From the NCBI GenBank assembly GCA_964413895.1, contig CAYPUV010000002.1, positions 1 to 58,340 of the forward strand: a stretch of DNA of 58,340 nucleotides, in the 5' to 3' direction. The stretch is from an uncultured Anaerolineaceae bacterium. GTDB taxonomy: Bacteria; Chloroflexota; Anaerolineae; 4572-78. This document shows positions 16,409-26,091 of this stretch, in pieces; positions within the stretch are counted from its first letter, which is position 1; every line of letters starts with the position of its first letter. Position numbers and translations under genes: made by a program. The notes below the pieces were generated by a model that was given only the letters and a program-made list of their open reading frames with translations, made no database searches and had not been told where the DNA came from.

Positions 16409-18238
16409 GTGCAAAAATCAAGACGATTGGCAATAGCCCTGGCGAGTTTGAGCATTGGGATATTATTACTGCCACTGGTGGTTGGGGCGGCAAATTTGAT
16501 GAGTAATGCTCATCTGGAGCCACCTTTTGACCCCTATAACGGCGCGGGCACGGCCAAAAGTTGTGGCAATCAAATATGGGATACGGAAGTGGCCCATAGC
16601 TGGAACGGATTTGAGATCATCTCAACAAGTAAGTTGCGCTTTTTTAGCGCTAGTGATTGGGGAACACTCGCGCAATGTCTGTATAACCTTAGCCAGGCTT
16701 ATACAGAGAGCCGGGGAGGAGATGCCCAGGCATGGGTTTCAAACAAAAAGTTTGACGCCGGCATCTATCAGCAAGTTCCTGGGGTAAACATTGGCGCTGT
16801 ATATGGCTTTTCGGCGGGGATTGTGCAGGCATTTTACACGACCAGTAGAACGGATCCGGCAACCGGCAAAATGTTACGCAGTGTGGGGATTGACCCCTAT
16901 GGCGGCACAGACCCAACCGGCCCGAATGTTATTTGGAGTCCAGAGGAGCCTCACGCCGCATTTGGGGATCCCGGCTCTGGCAAAAAATACACCTGGTTTT
17001 ATCCCAGTGTGGGCGCAACGGCAATGTCTACCACGGTGACGGTTTTTGTGCGCGTCAGAAGTATCGAGGATGTTACAGACGGCATTTCTATCAATCAGGT
17101 ATGGGTCGATGATACGTTTATGGATGTTGCGCCTGTTACCACCCTGACCCTCGCTCCCACGGGAGCAAATGAGATTTTGGCCACGTGGAGCGGTTCGCCC
17201 GCGTCAGAATTCCATCTTTTTGCATACGAAGCACAATACCGCAAAGCAACCGACCCCACCTGGACGGACCTCCAGATTTTTGATGTTCTCACCTCGCCCA
17301 GCCTCAACGATCATACAACTATTCCCGTAGAGCCGGGGGTTGAATATGTTGTGAGGGCCAGGACATGGCATGAGCAAGACGCTTCCAGTTCGTATGAAGT
17401 GGCCGGCCCCTGGACGGAGCAACGGTTTACCGGCGGCGGGGTCGTTCAAGGGGCGGTGTTGACGAATCGAGAAGATGGCATTGCCGGCGCAACCGTTGCC
17501 GTTAGTGGAACAATGACGACCACCACTTCTGTGGGGGGTGGCGTTTACAGCCTGCTCACGGGGGCAGGTACGTTTGGCATTACCGCCACCGTCTCTAGCG
17601 GATGGTCTGCGCCACAGCCGATCTGGGTTACAGTCCCTGCCACCAACACCGCCGCGTTGACCATCACCCTGCGCCCCCCAGATGATTTTATCGGCAACGG
17701 TGATTTTGAGGGGACGCTGGATGGTTGGGCGCACACGCTCCCCGCGCCGACGGCGAATCTGGTTGCGGGGGGACATCGGAGCGGTGATTACAGCTTGTGC
17801 ATTTCTCAAACTGCCACGCTCACGGCCTCTGCGGTGGTCAGCGAGGTGTACCGTCCGGTGTTATCTTTCTGGTATCGGGTAGATGGCAGCGATGGCAACG
17901 ATACGCTCACCGCCGGTATTTTTGGCCCAGACACGTTTACCACCACCTTACCCCTTTCTTTCACCCAGAATACGGCGGGATGGCAGCACGCATACTTGCC
18001 TTTAACCCTCCAACGTTCTCCCACGTCTGGCACAGGCAACTTTGGCGGCGGCGCTGGTACATTTTTGCTTCCCCAGGATGACGTGTACAGCGGCGATTTG
18101 GGGGTTCGATTTGCGGTGCAGGAGAATGGGGGCGGTAGCACGGTGTTTTGTCTTGATGAGGTGAGCGCTGGGGGGTCGTGGGGTGGGCCAAACAAGGTGT
18201 TTCTGCCGCTAGTATTTAAATCCAGTACTGGTTCCTGA
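16409..18238 (+). CDS. Secreted multidomain protein (unknown N-terminal domain, FN3-like, carboxypeptidase-regulatory-like and a C-terminal beta-sandwich-like region)
   Basis: GTG start after GGGAGG. Signal peptide MQKSRRLAIALASLSIGILLLPLVVGAA. FN3-like segment LAPTGANEILATWSG...VEYVVRARTW. CarboxypepD_reg-like segment GAVLTNREDGIAGATVAVSG. Confidence 0.75.
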   Translation: MQKSRRLAIALASLSIGILLLPLVVGAANLMSNAHLEPPFDPYNGAGTAKSCGNQIWDTEVAHSWNGFEIISTSKLRFFSASDWGTLAQCLYNLSQAYTESRGGDAQAWVSNKKFDAGIYQQVPGVNIGAVYGFSAGIVQAFYTTSRTDPATGKMLRSVGIDPYGGTDPTGPNVIWSPEEPHAAFGDPGSGKKYTWFYPSVGATAMSTTVTVFVRVRSIEDVTDGISINQVWVDDTFMDVAPVTTLTLAPTGANEILATWSGSPASEFHLFAYEAQYRKATDPTWTDLQIFDVLTSPSLNDHTTIPVEPGVEYVVRARTWHEQDASSSYEVAGPWTEQRFTGGGVVQGAVLTNREDGIAGATVAVSGTMTTTTSVGGGVYSLLTGAGTFGITATVSSGWSAPQPIWVTVPATNTAALTITLRPPDDFIGNGDFEGTLDGWAHTLPAPTANLVAGGHRSGDYSLCISQTATLTASAVVSEVYRPVLSFWYRVDGSDGNDTLTAGIFGPDTFTTTLPLSFTQNTAGWQHAYLPLTLQRSPTSGTGNFGGGAGTFLLPQDDVYSGDLGVRFAVQENGGGSTVFCLDEVSAGGSWGGPNKVFLPLVFKSSTGS

Positions 18239-18260
18239 TTTTAACGTGTGAGGTTCATTT

Positions 18261-18878
18261 GTGTTTGGGTATCTTTTAACCGGATTGTCGTTGGGGTTTT
18301 ACGCTGCTTTAAGTCCGGGGCCGTTCCAGGCGTTTTTGTTGTCGCAATCATTGCAAAACGGCTGGAAGCGAACCCTTCCCGCATCGCTGGCGCCACTTTT
18401 AAGTGACGGGCCGATTGTAGCGCTGGTGTTGCTGGTACTCACGCAAACCCCGGTCTGGTTTCTGATTGGCCTCCGAATCTCTGGGGGAATCTTTATTCTT
18501 TATTTGTCTAAAGGTGCATTCTCTACGGCGCAAACATTGAATGCAGTAGTGCCAGTACCTGCGGCGCACTCAATGCGGCAGAGCCTGTTTAAGGCCGCGC
18601 TGATGAACGGCCTTAACCCCAACCCGTACATTTTTTGGGGGGTGGTTGCCGGGCCAATTCTGCTGGAGGGGTGGCGGCAAGCGCCGCAACTGGGCTTGAG
18701 TTTTGTGCTGGGATTTTATGGCACGCTCATCGGCGGGTTTGCGGCGTTAATTGTGGTGTTTGCTACGACCAGACATTTGGGTCAACGAGCGACACGAGCG
18801 CTGGGCATTGTTTCGGCGGCAGCGCTGGCATTATTTGGTGTGTATCAAATTTGGGTAGGGATCACCAGACTGGGGTAA
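18261..18878 (+). CDS. LysE/RhtB-family amino-acid exporter
   Basis: GTG start after GAGG. The protein has about 6 TM helices, and the N-terminus LTGLSLGFYAALSPGPFQAFLLSQSL is typical of LysE-type translocators. Confidence 0.75.
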   Translation: MFGYLLTGLSLGFYAALSPGPFQAFLLSQSLQNGWKRTLPASLAPLLSDGPIVALVLLVLTQTPVWFLIGLRISGGIFILYLSKGAFSTAQTLNAVVPVPAAHSMRQSLFKAALMNGLNPNPYIFWGVVAGPILLEGWRQAPQLGLSFVLGFYGTLIGGFAALIVVFATTRHLGQRATRALGIVSAAALALFGVYQIWVGITRLG

Positions 18879-18892
18879 TCAATTCCCAACCA

Positions 18893-20584
18893 CTAAGCAA
18901 GTTCGTTTTGCAACACGCGCCGTACAATGGCAACCGCCGTGGCGTAAGTTGAGTCCATCCCAAAGTAGAGTAAACTTTTTGAAAGCAGAGATTGCCGCTT
19001 GCTGTACGGTGTATCAGAGGCGTAGTGCAAAATCCCCAAATCGTATGGTAAATTGTAGAAAAGCTTGACAATTTCATTAACCGGGTAACGCTTGGGGTAC
19101 AGATTTTCATACATTGCGCTCAGGTACGGGCCGCTTTCCATTTCAATATCGGTGTAGCCCTCTTTGTAAAACAGGTGCATAAAATCTCGATTTTGCAGGA
19201 AGGTGCCGCGCACTGTAACCGTTTTCTGGTTGTCCATGACTGTGCCGTAACTTAGATACGGGGCCACGTCGCCGGCGCTGAAGCAGTTGTTAAAAAGGTA
19301 AGTATTGCGTGAGTGTTCATCGTACACCACATTGGGAACCATCACGTCACCCACGCGACCATTGAGCGTTGCCGCTTTGCCCATAATGTAAACCCCTTTC
19401 AGCTCACCTACATTGGCCGAAAGTTGCGATAATATTTGGTAGGCTGCCATCCCCAGCGGATAATCTACGTTAACAATGAGCGCATCGCTCTGGCGCAATC
19501 TGTCCCAATCGGCGTCGGGAAAAATGATTCTGGAGTCGAAGTATTGCGGCGAAAGTTTTGCCAATTCAACAACTTGCACGCCCACATCTAAATTTTGTGG
19601 ACGACGGACATTGTGCAGGCCGTGTTCAATTTCATGTTGTAATCTCAGCTCATAGTGGCGTCTGCCTTCAGGGGTGTGCAGATATTTGCGCAGCGTGTAA
19701 TACAGCAGGTTTTCGGTGTGCCCAGGAGGATTTGTGGTTACAAGTTGTTTGTACTCTTTGTACAAATCTTCTGGGTTTTCTCGCTTTAGATAGTCAGAAA
19801 GTTCATCTTGAATGAGGTGAGCGTAATTGGTCAATAGATTGGGTAGGTTGTGCATATTGGATGAAATAAAGTACACTGGGCGATCATGTACGCCGTGAAC
19901 GGCACAGTGGTTCATAATGTGTTTCCACCATCCCTGGGTAGCACGGCGGTAATCGGTGCGCGAGCCGGCCAGCAAACGCAACGCAAAGCGCTTTTCTTCC
20001 TGAGCCACCTGTTGCAAAGTGGCGAGTAGCTGGTCGCCCCACAAGCGCTTGAGTTTGGCAAAGTCCTGGTCATCTAGCTCCAAAGCAGTTTGATAATCAC
20101 CGGCGGTGGGATTGGACTTTTTTGCCACACCGTACCGGGTAAGCATGTAGTGCATTTTATTCCATTCAATTTGAAAGGTAGTGAGCATCGGTACCAGGTC
20201 GTCAATATCAGAGATGCTATTGATGAATACTGCCAGCGATTCCTGCCCGTCGTAAAACATTTTTCGCCGCCGGGCGCGTGCCTTCACCACGGTCCAGCTT
20301 TCAATATTCGGGTACCCTCGCCGGGCAAAAACTTCGGCGGATTGCCCCAGAAAAACAAGCCGGATATTGCCAATGCAAGCGGGCAGGCGAAACCCGCTGT
20401 ACACAAACGCCGACAAGTCAACCTCTGGCTTGTTCGCTCCCTGATGCAAACTAGAGTTCATGCCAGAGTGAGTTTCTTCTAGCGTGCGAACCTGCACCTC
20501 ACCACTGGAACGCAAAAGAGAATAATATGTTCGTAAATATAATTCAATCTCTTCGTTGCCCAAAACAGGAATTCCTCTGTCCAT
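18893..20584 (-). CDS. Phosphorylase-superfamily (AMP-nucleosidase/PNP-UDP-like C-terminal domain) protein with a large uncharacterised N-terminal region
   Basis: ORF 18893..20596 trimmed to the ATG at 20584, with GGAG 8 nt upstream. The C-terminal third reads GKAATLNGRVGDVMVPNVVYDEH ... VTVRGTFLQNRD ... DIEMESGPYLSA ... ILHYASDTPY, which parallels the Amn/PNP catalytic-core order. Confidence 0.6.
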   Translation of the reverse strand: MDRGIPVLGNEEIELYLRTYYSLLRSSGEVQVRTLEETHSGMNSSLHQGANKPEVDLSAFVYSGFRLPACIGNIRLVFLGQSAEVFARRGYPNIESWTVVKARARRRKMFYDGQESLAVFINSISDIDDLVPMLTTFQIEWNKMHYMLTRYGVAKKSNPTAGDYQTALELDDQDFAKLKRLWGDQLLATLQQVAQEEKRFALRLLAGSRTDYRRATQGWWKHIMNHCAVHGVHDRPVYFISSNMHNLPNLLTNYAHLIQDELSDYLKRENPEDLYKEYKQLVTTNPPGHTENLLYYTLRKYLHTPEGRRHYELRLQHEIEHGLHNVRRPQNLDVGVQVVELAKLSPQYFDSRIIFPDADWDRLRQSDALIVNVDYPLGMAAYQILSQLSANVGELKGVYIMGKAATLNGRVGDVMVPNVVYDEHSRNTYLFNNCFSAGDVAPYLSYGTVMDNQKTVTVRGTFLQNRDFMHLFYKEGYTDIEMESGPYLSAMYENLYPKRYPVNEIVKLFYNLPYDLGILHYASDTPYSKRQSLLSKSLLYFGMDSTYATAVAIVRRVLQNELA

Positions 20585-20670
20585 TGCATACTCCAATCAA
20601 AATTCAGGGGTCCAATAATTCCAGACAGTTTACCTTAAATTCAACCGCTGTGCAATACCTGAAGTGATTG

Positions 20671-20739
20671 CCCCTACCCCCATTTGGAGGGAAAAATACA
20701 GGGGGAATGGGGAAAACCTAAAAACTTCATTTACCTCGG
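20671..20739 (+). repeat. Mosaic repeat copy: family B plus a truncated or degenerate family A
   Basis: CCCCTACCCCCATTTGGAGGGAAAAATACAGGGGGAATGGGGAAAA is followed by AAAACCTAAAAACTTCATTTACCTCGG. Compare 16203-16290. Confidence 0.6.
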
Positions 20740-20946
20740 TTTGTCTATTTAGGGGGCTTGCCCTACAATCCACGCTTAATAGCAACGGCGCTTAACCAAA
20801 TATATTGCTGGCGTTTGGCGGAAATTGTATTGTTGCGCCCAGGGGCAAAAAAGAACGAAAATAGTCGTTTCAATCACAAATGCGCATGGATTTCAAAAAA
20901 CGCCAAAATCCAGTATATTGTGATTTGCACCAAAAAAGGAGAACGT

Positions 20947-23082
20947 ATGGATACAATACAACTAGCCACTGGATTTACCCCCTTACCCCAGCGTATCAGA
21001 CGTTTACTGGAATTAGCTTACAATTTGTGGTGGAGCTGGCATCCAGAGGCATGCGCGCTGTACCAAAAAATTGATGCTGAGCTGTGGGAAGAAGTGTATC
21101 ACAATCCTGTTAAATTTTTGCGCGAGGTTCGTCAGGTGGCGTTGGACGAAGCGGCGCAAGATACAGATTTTCTGCGCACCTATCACAGGGTGTTGGCTGA
21201 TTTTGATGCGTACCAGGTCTTCGACAAAACATGGTACAATCAGACCTATTCAGAATTGAAGGAGAAACAGATTGCTTATTTCTCCGCGGAATTTGGGTTG
21301 CATGAAAGTTTGCCCATCTATTCTGGCGGCCTGGGGATTTTATCTGGCGACCACACCAAAGAAGCTAGCGACTTGGGACTGCCCCTGGTGGGGATAGGAT
21401 TCCTGTATCCACAGGGGTATTTTAAGCAAGTGATTACCGGCGATGGCACCCAGGAGGCCATTTACCAAAAGGTGCGCTTTACGGAAGTCCCCGCTTTACC
21501 GGCCTTCGACGCCAAGGGGAAAGAAGTTGTTGTTTCTGTGGGCCTGCCGGGGCGACGTGTGTACGCTAAGGTGTGGCGCATTCAGGTGGGCAATGTCTCG
21601 TTGTTTTTGATGGATACCGATATTCATCCCAACAATCCCAGCGATCGGGAACTTTCGGCGCGGTTGTACGGTGGCGATCAGGAAATGCGGCTGGCACAAG
21701 AAATGGTACTGGGCATCGGCGGGGTGCGCGCGCTACGAAAACTTGGCATTCAACCCGAAATTTATCATATGAATGAGGGCCATTCTGCCTTTTTGGTGTT
21801 GGAACGGATGAAAGAATATGTGGCGGCAGGAAAGAGTTTTGTGGAAGCTGTTGAGTTGGTGCGTTCAAGTTCGGTTTTCACCACTCATACGCCGGTGGCT
21901 GCCGGTCACGATGCGTTCCCCTTCCCTATGATTGAAAAATTCTTTGCTGGTTTTTGGGATGTGCTGGGGATTACCAAAGAACAATTCCTTGAACTGGCGC
22001 GGCATGATCAGAGCTGGGGACCAACATTTAGTATGACTGTACTGGGGCTGCGTCATTCAAACAAGCGAAACGGTGTAAGCAAGCTCCACGGCGATGTTTC
22101 CCGGCGGATGTGGCATTGGCTATGGCCGGAAAAAAATATTGAAGACACGCCGATTACCTACGTAACCAACGGTGTCCACACCGAAAGCTGGCTTGCTCCA
22201 GAGCTAAAACATGTGCTTGACAACATTTTTGATGAGGATTGGGTATTGCACATTGATGACCCCGACATGTGGCAAGCTGTGGGCCAGCTCCCCGATGCTC
22301 AATTGTGGGAACTACGCAATCGATTACGGGCTAGAATGTTGAATTTTGTGCGGATGCGCACCCGTTCTCGTCTGGCCCGTTTGGGTGCTGACCAGAGCCA
22401 GCTCGATGCAACCTATCAACTCCTCAATAATAATGCGCTCACCATTGGTTTTGCGCGTCGATTTGCTACCTACAAGCGGGCCACTCTGTTGTTCACTGAT
22501 GTTGAACGCCTGAAACGGATCATCCACACGCCGGGACGACCCGTGCAGTTTATTTTCGCCGGCAAAGCCCATCCCCGTGACGAACCGGGCAAAGCGTTTA
22601 TCCGCGAAGTGTATAATCGCTCATTTGAAGCCGGATTGGCGGGTCATATTATTTTTGTGGAAGATTACGACATCAACGTGGCGCGGTATCTGGTTTCTGG
22701 TGTGGATGTGTGGCTCAACACGCCGAGCCGTCCGCACGAAGCCAGTGGTACAAGTGGCCAAAAAGCGGGGTTAAACGGCGTGCCCAATCTCAGCATCAGT
22801 GACGGCTGGTGGCCAGAAGCCTACAATGGCAAAAACGGCTGGGTTATTGGCAATAATGAAGACCCAGAGGACCATCGAGATGCCAACTATCTGTACGATT
22901 TGTTGGAACAAAAAGTTGTTCCGCTATTTTACACCCGTAACGACCAGGGTATTCCCGAAGGGTGGGTGCAGATAATGCGCAACGCAATGCAAACAATTGC
23001 ACCACAGTTTAGTATGACGCGCATGCTAAAGGAATATACCAATAAATTGTACGTGCCACTTTTGCAAAGCAATGATCCATAG
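20947..23082 (+). CDS. glgP: Alpha-glucan (glycogen/maltodextrin) phosphorylase, GT35
   Basis: ORF 20758..23082 trimmed to MDTIQLATG (ATG at 20947, preceded by AAAGGAGAA). Motifs present: NLWWSWHPEA, SGGLGILSGDHTKEASDLGLPLVG, and the PLP-lysine motif EASGTSGQKA. Confidence 0.9.
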   Translation: MDTIQLATGFTPLPQRIRRLLELAYNLWWSWHPEACALYQKIDAELWEEVYHNPVKFLREVRQVALDEAAQDTDFLRTYHRVLADFDAYQVFDKTWYNQTYSELKEKQIAYFSAEFGLHESLPIYSGGLGILSGDHTKEASDLGLPLVGIGFLYPQGYFKQVITGDGTQEAIYQKVRFTEVPALPAFDAKGKEVVVSVGLPGRRVYAKVWRIQVGNVSLFLMDTDIHPNNPSDRELSARLYGGDQEMRLAQEMVLGIGGVRALRKLGIQPEIYHMNEGHSAFLVLERMKEYVAAGKSFVEAVELVRSSSVFTTHTPVAAGHDAFPFPMIEKFFAGFWDVLGITKEQFLELARHDQSWGPTFSMTVLGLRHSNKRNGVSKLHGDVSRRMWHWLWPEKNIEDTPITYVTNGVHTESWLAPELKHVLDNIFDEDWVLHIDDPDMWQAVGQLPDAQLWELRNRLRARMLNFVRMRTRSRLARLGADQSQLDATYQLLNNNALTIGFARRFATYKRATLLFTDVERLKRIIHTPGRPVQFIFAGKAHPRDEPGKAFIREVYNRSFEAGLAGHIIFVEDYDINVARYLVSGVDVWLNTPSRPHEASGTSGQKAGLNGVPNLSISDGWWPEAYNGKNGWVIGNNEDPEDHRDANYLYDLLEQKVVPLFYTRNDQGIPEGWVQIMRNAMQTIAPQFSMTRMLKEYTNKLYVPLLQSNDP

Positions 23083-23115
23083 ATGTTGATAGCACGCCAT
23101 AATTGTTCCATCAGA

Positions 23116-23150
23116 GAAAAAGAGATTGGTTGCAACCAATCTCTTTTTTG
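23116..23150. terminator. Bidirectional rho-independent terminator
   Basis: Stem AGAGATTGGTT (23121-23131), loop GC, stem AACCAATCTCT (23134-23144). An A-run lies upstream and TTTTTT downstream. It sits between convergent genes. Confidence 0.8.
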
Positions 23151-23168
23151 TGTAAGGTAGGCGGGGCG

Positions 23169-23861
23169 TTATCGTTGCACCGATAACTTGATTTCGCAGG
23201 GTTCAGGGTAGTTCCCTGTTTTATCTACCACAACCAGTCGAAACCTGTACTCGCCAGGGGGAACGGTGTCGGTATTCCAGGTAGCTAGCAGGCCGTCAGG
23301 TACGGGGGCAGTGTAATTTTGAATGAAGTTCCAGTCGCCGCCGGGGGCCTGAAATTCAATTTTGTAGTAGTCCATATTGTCAATATTGGCCGCACCGACG
23401 ATTTGAATGACGCCCGACACCACGGCTCCGTTGCCCGGTTGGGTAATGTGCGCGCCTGGATTGGGACAGTTTGGCGGTGCACCTGGATTATTGGCGGCAT
23501 CTGCCGGGGTAGGGCTTTCTGCGGGCTGTGGAATTGGGGTGGGCAGCAATGGCGGTGGCGTCGGTGTCGGGGGGAGTTCAACAACCAATGTTGGGGTGGG
23601 TGTTTCTTCTGGCAAGGGAAGCTGCTTAACTAAAGATGTTGAAACGTAATACAATCCTCCGGCCAACACAAACAGAAAGAACAGGTTGATAATGGCCCGG
23701 TTTAAACGTGTGGTGGCATTTTCTCGCTCAAGCGCAAAAATAGAGCGTTTCCGCTCGGTGGCAGCAATGCTCATCACGCGCAACAACCACAAACCGACCA
23801 CGGCCAAAATAAGGTACAACCACGAAACATTTTCTGCAATGAATTTGACCAGAATTGACAT
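23169..23861 (-). CDS. Membrane-anchored protein with a Pro/Thr-rich linker and a C-terminal Ig-like domain
   Basis: ORF 23169..23867 trimmed to the ATG at 23861. There are two N-terminal TM helices and a linker PTPTLVVELPPTPTPPPLLPTPIPQP. The C-terminal beta-rich domain includes YYKIEFQAPGGDW...GEYRFRLVVVD. Confidence 0.65.
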   Translation of the reverse strand: MSILVKFIAENVSWLYLILAVVGLWLLRVMSIAATERKRSIFALERENATTRLNRAIINLFFLFVLAGGLYYVSTSLVKQLPLPEETPTPTLVVELPPTPTPPPLLPTPIPQPAESPTPADAANNPGAPPNCPNPGAHITQPGNGAVVSGVIQIVGAANIDNMDYYKIEFQAPGGDWNFIQNYTAPVPDGLLATWNTDTVPPGEYRFRLVVVDKTGNYPEPCEIKLSVQR

Positions 23862-24027
23862 GAGCAATCACAAACCTTTTGGTAATTACTTTGTTACGCA
23901 GAGTATACGAAGGGTGGGAAGTTGTGGCAAATTATTTAACAGCAATTACCCTACGGGTATCATACAATTGGTGGACAATTTGACATCTTCTCAATTTTTT
24001 GGGGCTGCCCTCGCCAATCTCCAGCCG

Positions 24028-24885
24028 CTATTTTCCCAATTCTGCCAGAACGCCCTTTACCAGCGCGATGAGTTTTGACGCCATTACCTGGCTGGCTTCC
24101 AAAACTTCTTCATGCGTGGTTTTGCGCTTGCTGGTGGTATCGGTAATGGTCACATTTGATATACCGCTGATCCCCAATACGCGAATGCCACTATGGCGGG
24201 CCACCACCACTTCGGGTGCAGTAGACATGCCCACGGCATCACCGCCGATGATTTGCAAAAAGCGAATTTCGGCGGGAGTTTCAAATGAGGGGCCGGACAA
24301 ATTCACGTACACGCCTTCTTGCAGGGTAAACCCTGCCTGCTGTGCTGCGTGTCGCGCCATTTCTTGCAGCTCAAGGTCGTAAGGGGTAGACATATCCGGG
24401 AAACGCGGGCCAAAGTCGTCGAAGTTGACCCCTCGGAGCGGATGGTGCCCGGCCATTCCGGTGAAATTAATGTGGTCCGTAATGAGCATCAAGTCACCAA
24501 CGTTGAATGATTGATTCAGCCCGCCGGCGGCGTTTGTGACGATAAAAATTTCTATTCCCAGTAGCTTTAGCACACGAATTGGCATGGTTACGGTTTGCAT
24601 TGAGTGTCCTTCGTAAAAATGGAAACGCCCTTGCATTGCCAAAACCGTGTGTCCCTGAAGCGTGCCGATTACCATTTGGCCGGCGTGTCCCTGAACGGTT
24701 GATTGCACAAAATAGGGAATGGTGTGGTAGGGAATAACGGTTGGATTTTTGATTTCGTTGGCCAACGGCCCCATGCCCGATCCTAATGTCAGCGCGATAA
24801 CGGGGCGATGTGCGGTTTGTTGCCGAATATAATTGGCCGCTTCTTCAAAATCTTGCATTGTATATGTTGTCATCATTTGTACCAT
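24028..24885 (-). CDS. punA: Purine nucleoside phosphorylase (trimeric PNP-I type)
   Basis: Motifs LGSGMG, GRFHFYEG, NAAGGLN, GPRFPDMS and VGMSTAPEV are typical of PunA. The start is uncertain because the N-terminus has several Met codons. Confidence 0.88.
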   Translation of the reverse strand: MVQMMTTYTMQDFEEAANYIRQQTAHRPVIALTLGSGMGPLANEIKNPTVIPYHTIPYFVQSTVQGHAGQMVIGTLQGHTVLAMQGRFHFYEGHSMQTVTMPIRVLKLLGIEIFIVTNAAGGLNQSFNVGDLMLITDHINFTGMAGHHPLRGVNFDDFGPRFPDMSTPYDLELQEMARHAAQQAGFTLQEGVYVNLSGPSFETPAEIRFLQIIGGDAVGMSTAPEVVVARHSGIRVLGISGISNVTITDTTSKRKTTHEEVLEASQVMASKLIALVKGVLAELGK

Positions 24886-24966
24886 CCATTACATTTAGCA
24901 AACTTGCAATTAGAGATTAATGTAATTTCCAATCTTCGGTTTTTTAGTTTCTGAAATATCCGCACA

Positions 24967-25004
24967 TTAAAAGATTGGCGACATATGGCACAGCCGCCAA
25001 TCTT
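24967..25004 (-). terminator. Hairpin terminator downstream of the recombinase gene
   Basis: A 10-bp stem: AAGATTGGCG (24971-24980) pairs with CGCCAATCTT (24995-25004) around a 14-nt loop. UUUUAAU follows on the minus-strand RNA. Confidence 0.45.
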
Positions 25005-25029
25005 AATAGATACCATAAACAACGTGCAA

Positions 25030-25908
25030 TTACTTAGTCTCGGAATCTTTAACCAGGTGGGTGTAGACTTGCGTGGTTGAAATGTTGGCATGTCCCAATA
25101 ATTTTTGAAGATCTTGCAATGATTTTCCGTGGCTAAGTTTGTGGGCCGCAAAAGAATGCCGCAGCGTGTGCGGTGTTACTTTGCCCTCAATACCAACTTC
25201 TTCCACATATCTTTTGATAATAAGCCATGACCCCTGTCTGGTGAGCCGCTGTCCACGATGGTTTAGAAACAGAGCCGTTTCTTTGTTGTTGTGCAGCAGT
25301 TGCCGGCGCCCGTAGTCTACATATACTTTTAAGGCATCCAGCGTATCTGCGGTAAGGGGAATGTAACGTTCTTTAATGCCGCTCTTCTTGCCTTTAACGC
25401 ACACGGTTCCTTCTTCAAAATCAATGTCGCCCACGTTGAGTGAAACCAATTCAGTAACGCGCATCCCAGAAGCGTACAGCAACGCCAGCATTGCATGGTC
25501 ACGGCGCGATTTGGGCGCGTCGCTAAGGATCGTTGCTTTAAGTAGTTTATTGATATCTTCCACAGAGATGGCTTTGGGGAGTCGCTTTTTTACTTTTGGG
25601 GAATCCAGCGTTGCGGTTGGGTCGGCTTGAATAGTGCCCTCGGCAATAAGGTAGTGGAAGAAAGATTTTATCGCAGCCACTTTTCGGGCAATGGTTGAAG
25701 AAGAGTACGTCTGTTGGGGATTATCCTTGAGGTGGCTAATGTAATCATCAATGTGTGTTCTGGTAATCTCTGACCAATTATCATCAACACGATCTTTTAT
25801 GTAAGTGGAAAACTGAGTTAAGTCGTTGCGATACGCAGCAACGGTATTGTCTGAATATCCCTTTTCGGTTTCCAGAAAGTTTAGAAATCCGCGGACTGTT
25901 TCATTCAT
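25030..25908 (-). CDS. Tyrosine recombinase, XerC/XerD type
   Basis: AAAGGAG RBS. N-terminal SAM-like domain FLETEKGYSDNTVAAYRNDL. Catalytic motifs ASGMRVTELV, TPHTLRHSFA and LGHANISTTQVYTH. Confidence 0.88.
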   Translation of the reverse strand: MNETVRGFLNFLETEKGYSDNTVAAYRNDLTQFSTYIKDRVDDNWSEITRTHIDDYISHLKDNPQQTYSSSTIARKVAAIKSFFHYLIAEGTIQADPTATLDSPKVKKRLPKAISVEDINKLLKATILSDAPKSRRDHAMLALLYASGMRVTELVSLNVGDIDFEEGTVCVKGKKSGIKERYIPLTADTLDALKVYVDYGRRQLLHNNKETALFLNHRGQRLTRQGSWLIIKRYVEEVGIEGKVTPHTLRHSFAAHKLSHGKSLQDLQKLLGHANISTTQVYTHLVKDSETK

Positions 25909-26074
25909 TAGCCACTCCTTTAGTAGAGCTTCCCCACTGTTGTGAGATGGTGTTACCGTAATTATGGGAACGATTTTCTACATACCATAATCAGTTTACC
26001 ATATTATTGACCGTGTGGCAACATTATGTGAATCTCATTTTTGTTTGTAAATTTCTAAATTTTACGGGTGCTTG

Positions 26075-26083
26075 TGGTATAAT
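26075..26083 (+). promoter_or_regulatory. Extended -10 element (TGGTATAAT) immediately upstream of the lipoprotein ATG; possible leaderless transcript
   Basis: The TATAAT hexamer is at 26078-26083 and the ATG at 26092. The predicted TSS (about 26090-26092) therefore coincides with the start codon. No SD motif lies in between. Confidence 0.4.
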
Positions 26084-26091
26084 GAGCGCCT

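Noticed and set aside
25030-25908. Tyrosine recombinase as a marker of an integrated mobile element or prophage.
   Set aside because: The N-terminal and catalytic motifs fit the housekeeping XerC/XerD type. The flanks carry punA and a lipoprotein gene. There are no phage, transposase, att-like direct repeat or tRNA features nearby.
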